A DNA stretch of 46,527 nucleotides, taken from assembly GCA_964474685.1 (NCBI GenBank), contig CAYYTE010000003.1, positions 1 through 46,527 of the forward strand, given 5' to 3'. The position numbers and the translations under genes are program-made. Positions within the stretch are counted from its first letter, which is position 1. Each line of letters begins with the position of its first letter. Below the pieces are notes generated by a model that saw only the letters and a list, made by a program, of their open reading frames with translations, was not told the DNA's origin and ran no database searches. This document shows positions 17,389 through 25,780 of this stretch, in pieces. This DNA comes from an uncultured Staphylococcaceae bacterium. Its GTDB lineage: Bacteria; Bacillota_I; Bacilli_A; ML615J-28; CAG-313.

Positions 17389-18764
17389 TGGATGAATTAA
17401 CGATTCATGATACAATCTTAAAGATTGTTCAAGAAACTCCAGATTCTTCACTTCTTCATGAAAAGCTTTGTACGTATCACCCTTATGATATTGCTAAAGT
17501 TTTTCCAGATTTAACTCAAGCGGAGAAAACGCATGTTTGTAAGTCTTTTAGTTTAAAGGAACTTGCAGATATATTTGAGTATTTAGAAGATGAAGATGCT
17601 GTAGAATATTTGAGTGGAGTAGATACATTGACGAGTGCAAATATCATTAACGAAATGGAAGTTGATGATGCGGCGGATGTATTAAATGAAATGGAAGAAG
17701 AGAATGCTTCTCAAACGGAAGCAATTTTAACTCAGTTAAATCAAGATGATAGAGAAGAACTGACCTATTTAAAACACTATGCGGATGGAACCGCTGGTTC
17801 AATTATGACTACGAATTATTTTACCATCACTTCTGGAGTGGATGTAAAAGATGCTATGAGAGCACTGGTTGGTAAGGTAGATGAATCAGAATTAATTGAT
17901 CCGCTGTTTGTTGTAAAAGATAAGGTGTTAGTAGGTTTTTTAGAGTTAAAAGATTTAATCATTGCTCGGTCTCCTTGTTTGATTGATAGCATTATGAATA
18001 CGAATCTAATTAGTGTAACAACATTGGATTCAGTCACTGATGCCGCAAACAAGATTAATGATTATGACTTATATGCTTTGCCGGTAACGGAGAATAGTGA
18101 ATTTGTTGGTGTTATTACCATGGATGATGCTATGGACGTTACCAAAGAAGAGATTACAGATGACTATAATAAGATGGCAGCAGTTGGTGATGAAGTAAGT
18201 AAAGAAGGACTTGGAAAGTCTTTACAAAAAAGACTTCCTTGGCTTTTAGTTTTACTTGTTTTGAGCCTTGTTGTTTCGAATATTATGGGTAGTTTTGAAA
18301 AAGTTATTCAACAAGTAACGGTACTTGTGTTTTTCACCACGATGATACTTGATATGGCTGGTAATGTTGGGACTCAATGTTTGGCTGTTACTGTTCGTAA
18401 GATTAGTAAAGGTGAACTCAACACTCCAAAGAAGATTGGGAAGCATTTTTTAAGAGAACTAGGTATCAACACATTAGATAGTTTCATGCTCGCTTTTCTT
18501 GCTTTTGTTGTGTGTTTTATTGTAATCTTTATTAGAAAAGATATGGTTCATATTGGACTTACATCCTTTGTAATTGCATTGTCGATGTTTATCACTTTAA
18601 TTATTACAGGATTGCTTGGTTCTTTTATTCCTTTGTTTTTTGATAAAATCCATGTTGACCCTGCGGTTGCGTCGGGACCTTTGATTTCTACAATTAATGA
18701 TATGATTGCAACTCTTACTTACTTTGGACTTGCTGAAGCCTTTTTAAAGGCAATTGTTGGATAG
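17388..18764 (+). CDS. mgtE: magnesium transporter MgtE (paralogue 1)
   Basis: MgtE N-domain (IINEMEVDDAADVLNEM), a CBS pair, and a TM domain with GNVGTQCLAVTVR and DPAVASGPLISTINDMIATLTYF. Confidence 0.9.
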   Translation: MDELTIHDTILKIVQETPDSSLLHEKLCTYHPYDIAKVFPDLTQAEKTHVCKSFSLKELADIFEYLEDEDAVEYLSGVDTLTSANIINEMEVDDAADVLNEMEEENASQTEAILTQLNQDDREELTYLKHYADGTAGSIMTTNYFTITSGVDVKDAMRALVGKVDESELIDPLFVVKDKVLVGFLELKDLIIARSPCLIDSIMNTNLISVTTLDSVTDAANKINDYDLYALPVTENSEFVGVITMDDAMDVTKEEITDDYNKMAAVGDEVSKEGLGKSLQKRLPWLLVLLVLSLVVSNIMGSFEKVIQQVTVLVFFTTMILDMAGNVGTQCLAVTVRKISKGELNTPKKIGKHFLRELGINTLDSFMLAFLAFVVCFIVIFIRKDMVHIGLTSFVIALSMFITLIITGLLGSFIPLFFDKIHVDPAVASGPLISTINDMIATLTYFGLAEAFLKAIVG

Positions 18765-18773
18765 GAGGCTTAT

Positions 18774-20180
18774 ATGGATACATTAGATGAGAATAAAAGT
18801 GTAGATGATATCATTGGTTTGATTAATTCAGGAAAAGTAGATGAGTCACTTCATACAGCTTTAATGGAATATCATGACTATGATTTAGCAAAAGCCTTTT
18901 TAACGCTTGCTGAAGATGAACGCAAGCAAATTATGTTGCTATTTACAAATAATGAATTAGCAAAGATTATTGCCTATTTTGATATACCTATTGCTATAGA
19001 TACTTTTGTATCATTTGGTAGAGATAAAGCCGCTGAAATCATTAATGAGATGGAACCGGATGATGCCAATGATATATTAAATGAGATGACAGAAAAACAA
19101 GTAGCAATTGTGATGCCTCTTCTAGATAAAGAAGTACAAGAGGATATCTCAAGTCTATCTCTTTATGACAATTTATCCGTTGGTTCGATTATGAATAGTA
19201 ACTACTTGCATATTGGAATTGGTAGTGATGTAAAAGATGCAATGAGACTTGTTGTTAAAGAAGCACCAGATGTTGAAACCGTATCGACAATTTTTGTAAC
19301 GGATTCCAATGGAATGTTTGAAGGAGCGATAGATTTAAAGAAATTAATTGTTACAAAAAGTCCTTGTTTGGTAGAAACTATTATGAATGCCAACGTGCAT
19401 ACAGTAGAAGCTACTGCCGATTATCATAGTGCATTAAAAGATGTTCAAGATTATGATATTTATGCACTTCCTGTTGTTGATAAAGGAGTATTAAAAGGTA
19501 TCATTACCATGGATGATGCTTTTGAAGTTTTAACTGATGAAGCGGAAAGTGATTATGCTCACTTGGCTGGTTTAACAGAAGACCAAGATGTTGATGAAAC
19601 GATTAAACAATCGATTAAGAAACGTATTCCTTGGCTTGCAATTTTGTTGGTGTTAGATATTGGAGTTTCCATTATTGATTCCTTCTTTGAGGGAGTGATA
19701 GAAAATTGGCCGGTTTTGATTTTATTTCAATCATCTATTTTAGGACTTGCGGGAAACTGTGGTACTCAAAGTTTAGCAGTTGCTGTACGTAAACTTAGTG
19801 ATAATGATTTAAATGATAAAGACGCAATAAAGCATCACTTATTTAAAGAATCTAGTTTAGGATTTTGCTTAGGGCTTATTTTAGGTATTGCTAGTTTTTG
19901 TTTTGTTAGTATTTTGCTAACTGTAATTCCTAGTTTAAATATTGTGGGTGCTCATGAAACTTTAGCAACTCCAGTTGCGGTTGGATTTGCGGTTGGGTTT
20001 GCTATTTTTGTGGCAATCTCTATTTCAAATTTCGTTGGAAGTTTTACACCGATTATATTTGACAAATGTCATATTGACCCAGCAGTAGCATCTGGTCCAT
20101 TTATTACTACAATTAATGACATTGTTGCCTTAGTTGTTTATTTCTTAGTTGCATATTTAGTTTTAGCTATTATTATATAG
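18774..20180 (+). CDS. mgtE: magnesium transporter MgtE (paralogue 2)
   Basis: Same architecture as paralogue 1: IINEMEPDDANDILNEM, a CBS pair, GNCGTQSLAVAVR and DPAVASGPFITTINDIVALVVYF. GGAGG RBS 9 nt after the upstream stop. Confidence 0.9.
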   Translation: MDTLDENKSVDDIIGLINSGKVDESLHTALMEYHDYDLAKAFLTLAEDERKQIMLLFTNNELAKIIAYFDIPIAIDTFVSFGRDKAAEIINEMEPDDANDILNEMTEKQVAIVMPLLDKEVQEDISSLSLYDNLSVGSIMNSNYLHIGIGSDVKDAMRLVVKEAPDVETVSTIFVTDSNGMFEGAIDLKKLIVTKSPCLVETIMNANVHTVEATADYHSALKDVQDYDIYALPVVDKGVLKGIITMDDAFEVLTDEAESDYAHLAGLTEDQDVDETIKQSIKKRIPWLAILLVLDIGVSIIDSFFEGVIENWPVLILFQSSILGLAGNCGTQSLAVAVRKLSDNDLNDKDAIKHHLFKESSLGFCLGLILGIASFCFVSILLTVIPSLNIVGAHETLATPVAVGFAVGFAIFVAISISNFVGSFTPIIFDKCHIDPAVASGPFITTINDIVALVVYFLVAYLVLAIII

Positions 20181-20200
20181 TATAAGGAAAGGAAGGTTTA

Positions 20201-23200
20201 ATGAACAAATCCATTCGTTTGGTATTATCAGATTATGCACAGCGTTTAATTGAAAGTGACGCTCGCACGAGAAGTTTCTATTTATCAAAAGTAAATAATA
20301 AATATTGTGTGGATATTGTACGTTTTGCTTATAGTTTTATTGAACGGGATAATTTTCAAAATGTTCAAGAATCAATTGATATACTAAGTGCCTCGCTTAT
20401 AGAACACACGCCAATTGACTTTATCTATCGTCCCTATAGTGGAAATGATCTTTCTATTCTATTTAGTTCTATTGCAAATAATTTAGTTGATTTAGAAGTT
20501 GCATCGAAAATACTCGTTGGGTTGACGGAAAAAGAATTTCTAACTATTCAAGGTCTTTATAGTGATTCTTCAAAAAGTTCAAAAAAATCTTTAGGTAAAA
20601 CTAAAAATGATTTAATTCAAGGGTTGGAGAAAAAACATTTGGAGTTTTTTTCCTTGATGAAGGATGTATTGCAAACGAGTCGGCAAGTAGAACGGCAATA
20701 TGGTAAGAATGATTTGTATTTAGGATATCCTTTTATTGAAGGACTATTTGTTTCAGGGAAACCTTTTCGTGCCCCCATCCTTTTATATAAAGTCTCATGT
20801 TTGATTGGACTTCATAAAGTTCATTTGGAGTTTTTGGAAGATGCTTATATAAATCCGGTGTTTGTACAATCTTATTTAATTGAAAATAATGAGAAATTTA
20901 TGCGTTATAATTTTTCAATTGATGCATATGGTTCTCTTGATGCATTAAATAAATTTTTAAAAGAAAAATTAGAATTTAATACGACAAAAATTGACGATGT
21001 TTGCTTTAAAAATCTTTTGCCCCTTATAGACTGCACTAAAAATGATTACATTGAATCTGTGCATTCTATCAATCAGTTTGTTATTTCTTATCATGCTTGT
21101 TTTGGATTGTTTCCGATATCTGGTAGTAGTATTTTTGATGATTGTGAGGAATTAGCAAGTCTTGATAATTTAAATCTTCTAACTACTGATTTTTTGTATA
21201 AGGATACAAATGTTGATAATCAGACAATTCAAAAGATTTTTGGCATTAATAAGCAAGGGGTGATTCACGAGGATAAATTTGTTAATATTACGCCACTCGA
21301 TTTCACTCAAAAGATGATTTTAGAAGAAGCACTGTTTCATGATGAGAGATCTGTTCATAACTTAGTTATTCAAGGACCACCGGGAACAGGAAAAAGTCAA
21401 ACAATTGTTAATTTAGCTTTAAATTATATTATACAAGGGAAAAAGGTTTTGCTTGTTTCAGAAAAGAAAAGTGCATTAGATGTTGTATATAATCGTTTAG
21501 GTATGTTAAATCGTTTTGCGATTTGTATTGTAGATGTATTAAATTCTAAAAAAGAATTCTATGAACATTTAAAAAATGCATTTGAGTTTCAAAATAAAGT
21601 TGTCAGTGAAAAAGATAGTTTTATTAAAACTGCTCGCGGGATTGAATCTTTTTTTATCCAAAATAAGTTATATAGTGATTTATTAAAGAGTTCTTATCGA
21701 GGCCTAACGATTGAGGAAATTTGTAAGGTGACACTTATAGATCCTTTAAAAAATAAATTGAAAGACTTTTTGTATTTTGCTCCAGTAGGGCTTGATTATT
21801 TACAATTTGTATCTTTTTGTGAAACCAATTTTTCCCAGGAGAATATAAAAAAATATGATTTTTGTTATAATGAATTAACCACACATCATACTTATCAGAT
21901 AATTAAATCCTTTGATAAGATAATCCTATTAAAGAATTCTATTTTTAATGGTAAAGATGAGTGGGAACGAAAAACAATTTTTGATAAAGTGATTCGAGGG
22001 AAAAAGCCTCATATTAATTTATTTGATAGAATTAAAAAAGCATTTCATATAGATAAACATTTAGAGATAACTACAAAAGAGTATACTAATGTAGTTTCAG
22101 AATTAAATGATTTAAAAATTGAAGAAGTCTCTATGTATCAACTTGACTTTAAAATATATAACTTCTATCAATATTTAAAGGCAAATAATATATCACGTTC
22201 GATGACTTATCTAATGTATCAATATCAAATTGCAAGTGAGTACTTATCTACTCATAGTGATACTATTCGTTTTTTTCAAAACTATGAACAAGAACTTAAA
22301 GATGTTCAACAGAGTTATAATGATAAAATTGATGAGTCTTTCTTATATACAGAAGAGTATTTAGAGAAATCGATTCTTTCAACAATTGAAAAGAATCCTC
22401 AATTATCGAGTGATATTAAGGCACTAAAAGTACTATCGAATCAAATACGTAAGAAAGCTCTGACTACCGTATTTTCAAATTACTCGGATGCATTATTTAC
22501 TTTATTTCCTTTAGTTTTTTTAACACCGGATGTTGTATCTACTCTATTGCCTTTAAAAAAAGATATGTTTGATGTTGTAATTTTTGATGAAGCAAGTCAA
22601 ATGTTTATTGAAAGAAGTATTCCTTCTATTTATCGGAGTAAGCAAATGATTGTTGCGGGGGATGAAAAACAATTATCCCCCAGTAGTTTATTTAGTGTTC
22701 GTTTGGTGGAATCAATTGAAGATATTGAATATAATGATGAATATGATGAATTAATGAAGAATGCTATGAGTGCTGTAAGTTTACTAAGTTATGCTAAGAC
22801 AAAATACGCACCGCCTGTGATACTGGAGTATCATTATCGTTCAGAGAGTAAAGATTTAATTGAATTCTCGAATCGTGCATTTTATGATTCGCAGTTAGTT
22901 TATGCATCTTTATGTCATCAAACAATTCATCAAGCAATTGAAGTGATTGATGTAGATGGTGTTTGGGATAATAATAAAAACATAAAAGAAGCTGAAACAG
23001 TTGTTTCAGAAATACTGAATATACTAGTTAATCGAACAAATAATGAGACAATTGGTGTAATTACATTCAATGCTATTCAGCAATACCTAATTCAATCTCT
23101 TTTTCAAAAGTATATAGAAAACAAGTTACCAAATTATAAACTTCTAGAACAAGAATTAATCAGGCAGAATGATATTGGGGAAGAGGAAAACTTATTTGTA

Positions 23201-23893
23201 AAAAATATTGAAAATGTTCAAGGAGATGAAAGAGATATTATTCTATTCTCTGTTGGCTATGGAAAGAATCCTCAAGGAGTTGTTTTGAACTCTTTTGGTA
23301 GTTTAAATATGCCTGGGGGTGAGAATCGATTGAATGTGGCGATTACTCGAGCAAAAGAAAAAATCTATATTATTAAGAGTGTTCCCGCAAGTTCATTTCA
23401 TCCTTCCATTGATACAAGAGGAGCTTATTTGTTACAAAAGTATTTAGTGTATGCGGAATGCATAACAAATAAGGATGAAGCGGGGTTGGAACTGGTATTA
23501 AATGATATAGGAAGTAAATCAAGTCTCAAGTTTAAAGATAATATTACTTTTACAAATACTTTTGCTAGTTTACAGACTTTATTACGAAAGGCCTTAGAAG
23601 AATTACCTTACAAGGTTTGTTCAAATTATTCTGTTGGTTCTTTTCAACTTGATTTTGCAATTCAGGATACTATGAATAAAGAGTTTGTTCTTGCGATTAT
23701 ATTAGATGGTGCATATTTAGGTGATAGTGATGCCATTTATCGTGATTATTATCGAGGTGCTTATTTAAATACAAGAGGGTGGCGAATCTACCGAGTTTGG
23801 TCTATTAATTATTGGTTGAATCCTATTCTTGAGATTCACAATATAGTAACATGTTGTTTAAATCAATCGAAAATCTTTACGCTTGATAAATAA
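20201..23893 (+). CDS. DUF4011-like N-domain + SF1 (Upf1/AAA_11-AAA_12-like) helicase + C-terminal Vsr/DUF559-like (REase_MTES_1575-type) endonuclease domain
   Basis: Helicase motifs: Walker A LVIQGPPGTGKSQT (~aa 392), motif II VVIFDEASQM (~aa 795), VAGDEKQLSP, LEYHYRSESKDLIEFSN, NVQGDERDIILFS and RLNVAITRAKEKIYI. N-terminal region has LYLGYPFIEG...FRAPILLYKV (DUF4011-like). C-terminal region has QLDFAIQD...LAIILDGAYL...TRGWRIYRVWSINYW. Confidence 0.75.
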   Translation: MNKSIRLVLSDYAQRLIESDARTRSFYLSKVNNKYCVDIVRFAYSFIERDNFQNVQESIDILSASLIEHTPIDFIYRPYSGNDLSILFSSIANNLVDLEVASKILVGLTEKEFLTIQGLYSDSSKSSKKSLGKTKNDLIQGLEKKHLEFFSLMKDVLQTSRQVERQYGKNDLYLGYPFIEGLFVSGKPFRAPILLYKVSCLIGLHKVHLEFLEDAYINPVFVQSYLIENNEKFMRYNFSIDAYGSLDALNKFLKEKLEFNTTKIDDVCFKNLLPLIDCTKNDYIESVHSINQFVISYHACFGLFPISGSSIFDDCEELASLDNLNLLTTDFLYKDTNVDNQTIQKIFGINKQGVIHEDKFVNITPLDFTQKMILEEALFHDERSVHNLVIQGPPGTGKSQTIVNLALNYIIQGKKVLLVSEKKSALDVVYNRLGMLNRFAICIVDVLNSKKEFYEHLKNAFEFQNKVVSEKDSFIKTARGIESFFIQNKLYSDLLKSSYRGLTIEEICKVTLIDPLKNKLKDFLYFAPVGLDYLQFVSFCETNFSQENIKKYDFCYNELTTHHTYQIIKSFDKIILLKNSIFNGKDEWERKTIFDKVIRGKKPHINLFDRIKKAFHIDKHLEITTKEYTNVVSELNDLKIEEVSMYQLDFKIYNFYQYLKANNISRSMTYLMYQYQIASEYLSTHSDTIRFFQNYEQELKDVQQSYNDKIDESFLYTEEYLEKSILSTIEKNPQLSSDIKALKVLSNQIRKKALTTVFSNYSDALFTLFPLVFLTPDVVSTLLPLKKDMFDVVIFDEASQMFIERSIPSIYRSKQMIVAGDEKQLSPSSLFSVRLVESIEDIEYNDEYDELMKNAMSAVSLLSYAKTKYAPPVILEYHYRSESKDLIEFSNRAFYDSQLVYASLCHQTIHQAIEVIDVDGVWDNNKNIKEAETVVSEILNILVNRTNNETIGVITFNAIQQYLIQSLFQKYIENKLPNYKLLEQELIRQNDIGEEENLFVKNIENVQGDERDIILFSVGYGKNPQGVVLNSFGSLNMPGGENRLNVAITRAKEKIYIIKSVPASSFHPSIDTRGAYLLQKYLVYAECITNKDEAGLELVLNDIGSKSSLKFKDNITFTNTFASLQTLLRKALEELPYKVCSNYSVGSFQLDFAIQDTMNKEFVLAIILDGAYLGDSDAIYRDYYRGAYLNTRGWRIYRVWSINYWLNPILEIHNIVTCCLNQSKIFTLDK

Positions 23894-23970
23894 AACTTCA
23901 GTTAAAATTCATTCAATAATGTCAAATAATGCTATATTTGATAATTTCAGCCTCTATTTCAAAAAAATTG

Positions 23971-23979
23971 TGGTATAAT
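23971..23979 (+). promoter_or_regulatory. extended -10 promoter element upstream of the 24051 gene
   Basis: TGGTATAAT (TGnTATAAT) with no convincing -35 box. Confidence 0.35.
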
Positions 23980-24050
23980 ATAAGTATGAATAAATATTTC
24001 TATGAATTATTATATATTTATTCGAATGATGTATAAAGGATAGGATAATT

Positions 24051-24971
24051 ATGATTAAAAGTTTTAAAGACAATAAGATATATCAAATCATTTCAGGTTC
24101 ATTTTTAATTATTGCGGGGATAGCTACTTGTTTATCACCAATGTTTAGTATTAAAATTATAACAATTATTTTTGGTATATTCTTTTCTTTATCGGGTATT
24201 TTTTCTTTGACGAGTTATTTTATTGCAAAAAGAAAAAAGGTAAGTGTAAATAGTTGGTATGTCGTTGATGGTATTATTGATATATTATTTGGAGGAAGTG
24301 TATTATTAGATATTGAAGGTTTTTCTCAATTCTTACCTTTGTTTTGGGTATTATGGATGTTCTTTGGTGGTATATCCAAGATTGTTCAAAGCACTATGTA
24401 TCGAAAAATTGGTGTGAAACACTCGATTATGATTCTAGTTATTGGAATTGCGGATTTAGTTATTTCTGTTGGTTGTTATGTAGCCCTTCCAAATTCTACT
24501 ATGGGCGATACTTTATTAGCAATTGTAATGGGAGCGTTATTTGTTCTTGAGGGCATTTATGTGATATTACGCGAAAAAGTTATTGCTCCACAGATGATGG
24601 AAAAAATAAAACAAGCAGAGGAAATGCAAAAAGCAGCACAGTCACTTCGTGATGCAATGCTTCATCAAAATGATATGGTTTGTCCAAAATGTGGAAGAGT
24701 ATATCAAAGTGGAAATGAATTTTGTCAACTTGATGGTACCCCTCTTGTACCTGTAAACCAACAAAAAAATCAATTTGTTGATACAAGCGCTGAAGATGTA
24801 AGTGAAAGTAATTTAAAGGATGATGATCCTTTCAAGTATTATGGTGGCAAAACTCCGGATGCTCATGATGGTATACAAGAGGATAATGATAAAAGTGTTG
24901 TGGATGATTATAAAGTGAATTATTATCGAAGAGATGATGACGATGATGATGATGAGGACAAGTCAAAATAG
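24051..24971 (+). CDS. membrane protein: DUF308/HdeD-like multi-TM N-domain + cytoplasmic zinc ribbon + acidic tail
   Basis: About 5-6 hydrophobic helices (aa 10-175). CPKCGRVYQSGNEFCQLDG zinc-ribbon-like CxxC...C motif. C-terminal RRDDDDDDDEDKSK. Confidence 0.55.
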   Translation: MIKSFKDNKIYQIISGSFLIIAGIATCLSPMFSIKIITIIFGIFFSLSGIFSLTSYFIAKRKKVSVNSWYVVDGIIDILFGGSVLLDIEGFSQFLPLFWVLWMFFGGISKIVQSTMYRKIGVKHSIMILVIGIADLVISVGCYVALPNSTMGDTLLAIVMGALFVLEGIYVILREKVIAPQMMEKIKQAEEMQKAAQSLRDAMLHQNDMVCPKCGRVYQSGNEFCQLDGTPLVPVNQQKNQFVDTSAEDVSESNLKDDDPFKYYGGKTPDAHDGIQEDNDKSVVDDYKVNYYRRDDDDDDDEDKSK

Positions 24972-25021
24972 TAAAAGCATTATTTGCTTGAATATAATCT
25001 TTATAATTTTATAAATGAATG

Positions 25022-25054
25022 AGGCATTTACGATTATTTGTAAGTGCCTTTTTT
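25022..25054 (+). terminator. intrinsic terminator after the 24051 gene
   Basis: AGGCATTTAC/GTAAGTGCCT 10-bp stem followed by a T6 run. Confidence 0.7.
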
Positions 25055-25064
25055 AATTATAGTA

Positions 25065-25093
25065 TTGAATTATTTGTTCATTTCTAGTATAAT
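25065..25093 (+). promoter_or_regulatory. sigma-70-type promoter of the LURP-one-like gene
   Basis: TTGAAT (25065-25070), 17-nt spacer, TATAAT (25088-25093). The promoter lies inside the ORF-track 5' extension, which supports ATG 25122 as the start. Confidence 0.6.
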
Positions 25094-25121
25094 ATACGTA
25101 TTCAATAGAAAGAAGGTATTT

Positions 25122-25634
25122 ATGGTTTATATTGTTGATCAAGCTTATTTTTCATTAAAAGATAAATTTGCAGTTCTAAGTGAATCAGGGGAAGTCGTTT
25201 ATACCGTGAATAGCCCGCTCTTTGCAATTACGAGTCGTTTTCAATTTTTTAATAAAGAGAACAAGGAAATAGCCTATGTAAAAAGAACTCCAAGTCAGAT
25301 TACTTCTTATATATGGTATAAGTCGAAAAAGAGGCATTCGAATGAAGATGTTATTGGTGTTTTAGAAGATAATGTTAAACTATTAAAACATAGTTATGAG
25401 GTTACGCTCCCAATCGATATTATTTGGAATGTTGAAGGAGATTTTTTAGGATGGAAGTTTGTTATTAAGTGTAATGATGAAATCATTGCAACAGTACAAA
25501 AAGAAATGCCGGAATTAAAAGATCGTTATGTCGTAAGTGTTGTTAAGGAAGAGAATGTTGAAAATGCAATTATTACAGCAGTGCTCGTGGATAATGCGGC
25601 GCACAGGAGTAAGAAATTTCGATTATTCTTTTAA
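25122..25634 (+). CDS. LURP-one-related / YxjI-like (tubby C-terminal-like fold) protein
   Basis: Pattern resembles B. subtilis YxjI as recalled: YFSLKDKFAVLSESGEVVYTVNS, FQFFNKENKEIAYVKR, NVEGDFLGWKFVIKCNDEIIATVQKE and YVVSVVKEEN. GAAGG RBS. Confidence 0.55.
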   Translation: MVYIVDQAYFSLKDKFAVLSESGEVVYTVNSPLFAITSRFQFFNKENKEIAYVKRTPSQITSYIWYKSKKRHSNEDVIGVLEDNVKLLKHSYEVTLPIDIIWNVEGDFLGWKFVIKCNDEIIATVQKEMPELKDRYVVSVVKEENVENAIITAVLVDNAAHRSKKFRLFF

Positions 25635-25646
25635 CATTATCAAAAT

Positions 25647-25687
25647 ATGCATTTTGTTTAATTTATTTATACAAAATGCATTTTTTT
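25647..25687 (+). terminator. intrinsic terminator after the LURP-one-like gene
   Basis: ATGCATTTTGT/ACAAAATGCAT 11-bp stem followed by a T7 run. Confidence 0.7.
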
Positions 25688-25780
25688 ACCCAATTAATGC
25701 ATTTAATTATAATGTTTTGCGGTATGCTTTATTTTTAGGGGTTTTTGTGATAGAATATATATAATAGGATTGGTGAGAAT

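Noticed and set aside
16560-17390. Expected M-box (ykoK-type Mg2+ riboswitch) upstream of mgtE.
   Set aside because: I looked for the conserved GUUAGGUGAGGCU-type core and the long multi-helix architecture, and no convincing match is visible. The closest string (TTCGTTAGCCCCTAG at 17101) does not fit. A covariance-model scan should confirm this.
17257-17451. Minus-strand 64-aa ORF across the mgtE leader.
   Set aside because: It runs antisense to the promoter-proximal leader ORF, the hairpin and the mgtE start. It has no RBS or promoter context.
25537-25764. 75-aa plus-strand ORF overlapping the end of the LURP-one-like gene and the following intergenic region.
   Set aside because: It runs through a strong intrinsic terminator (25647-25687) and the polA upstream region. 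It has no RBS.
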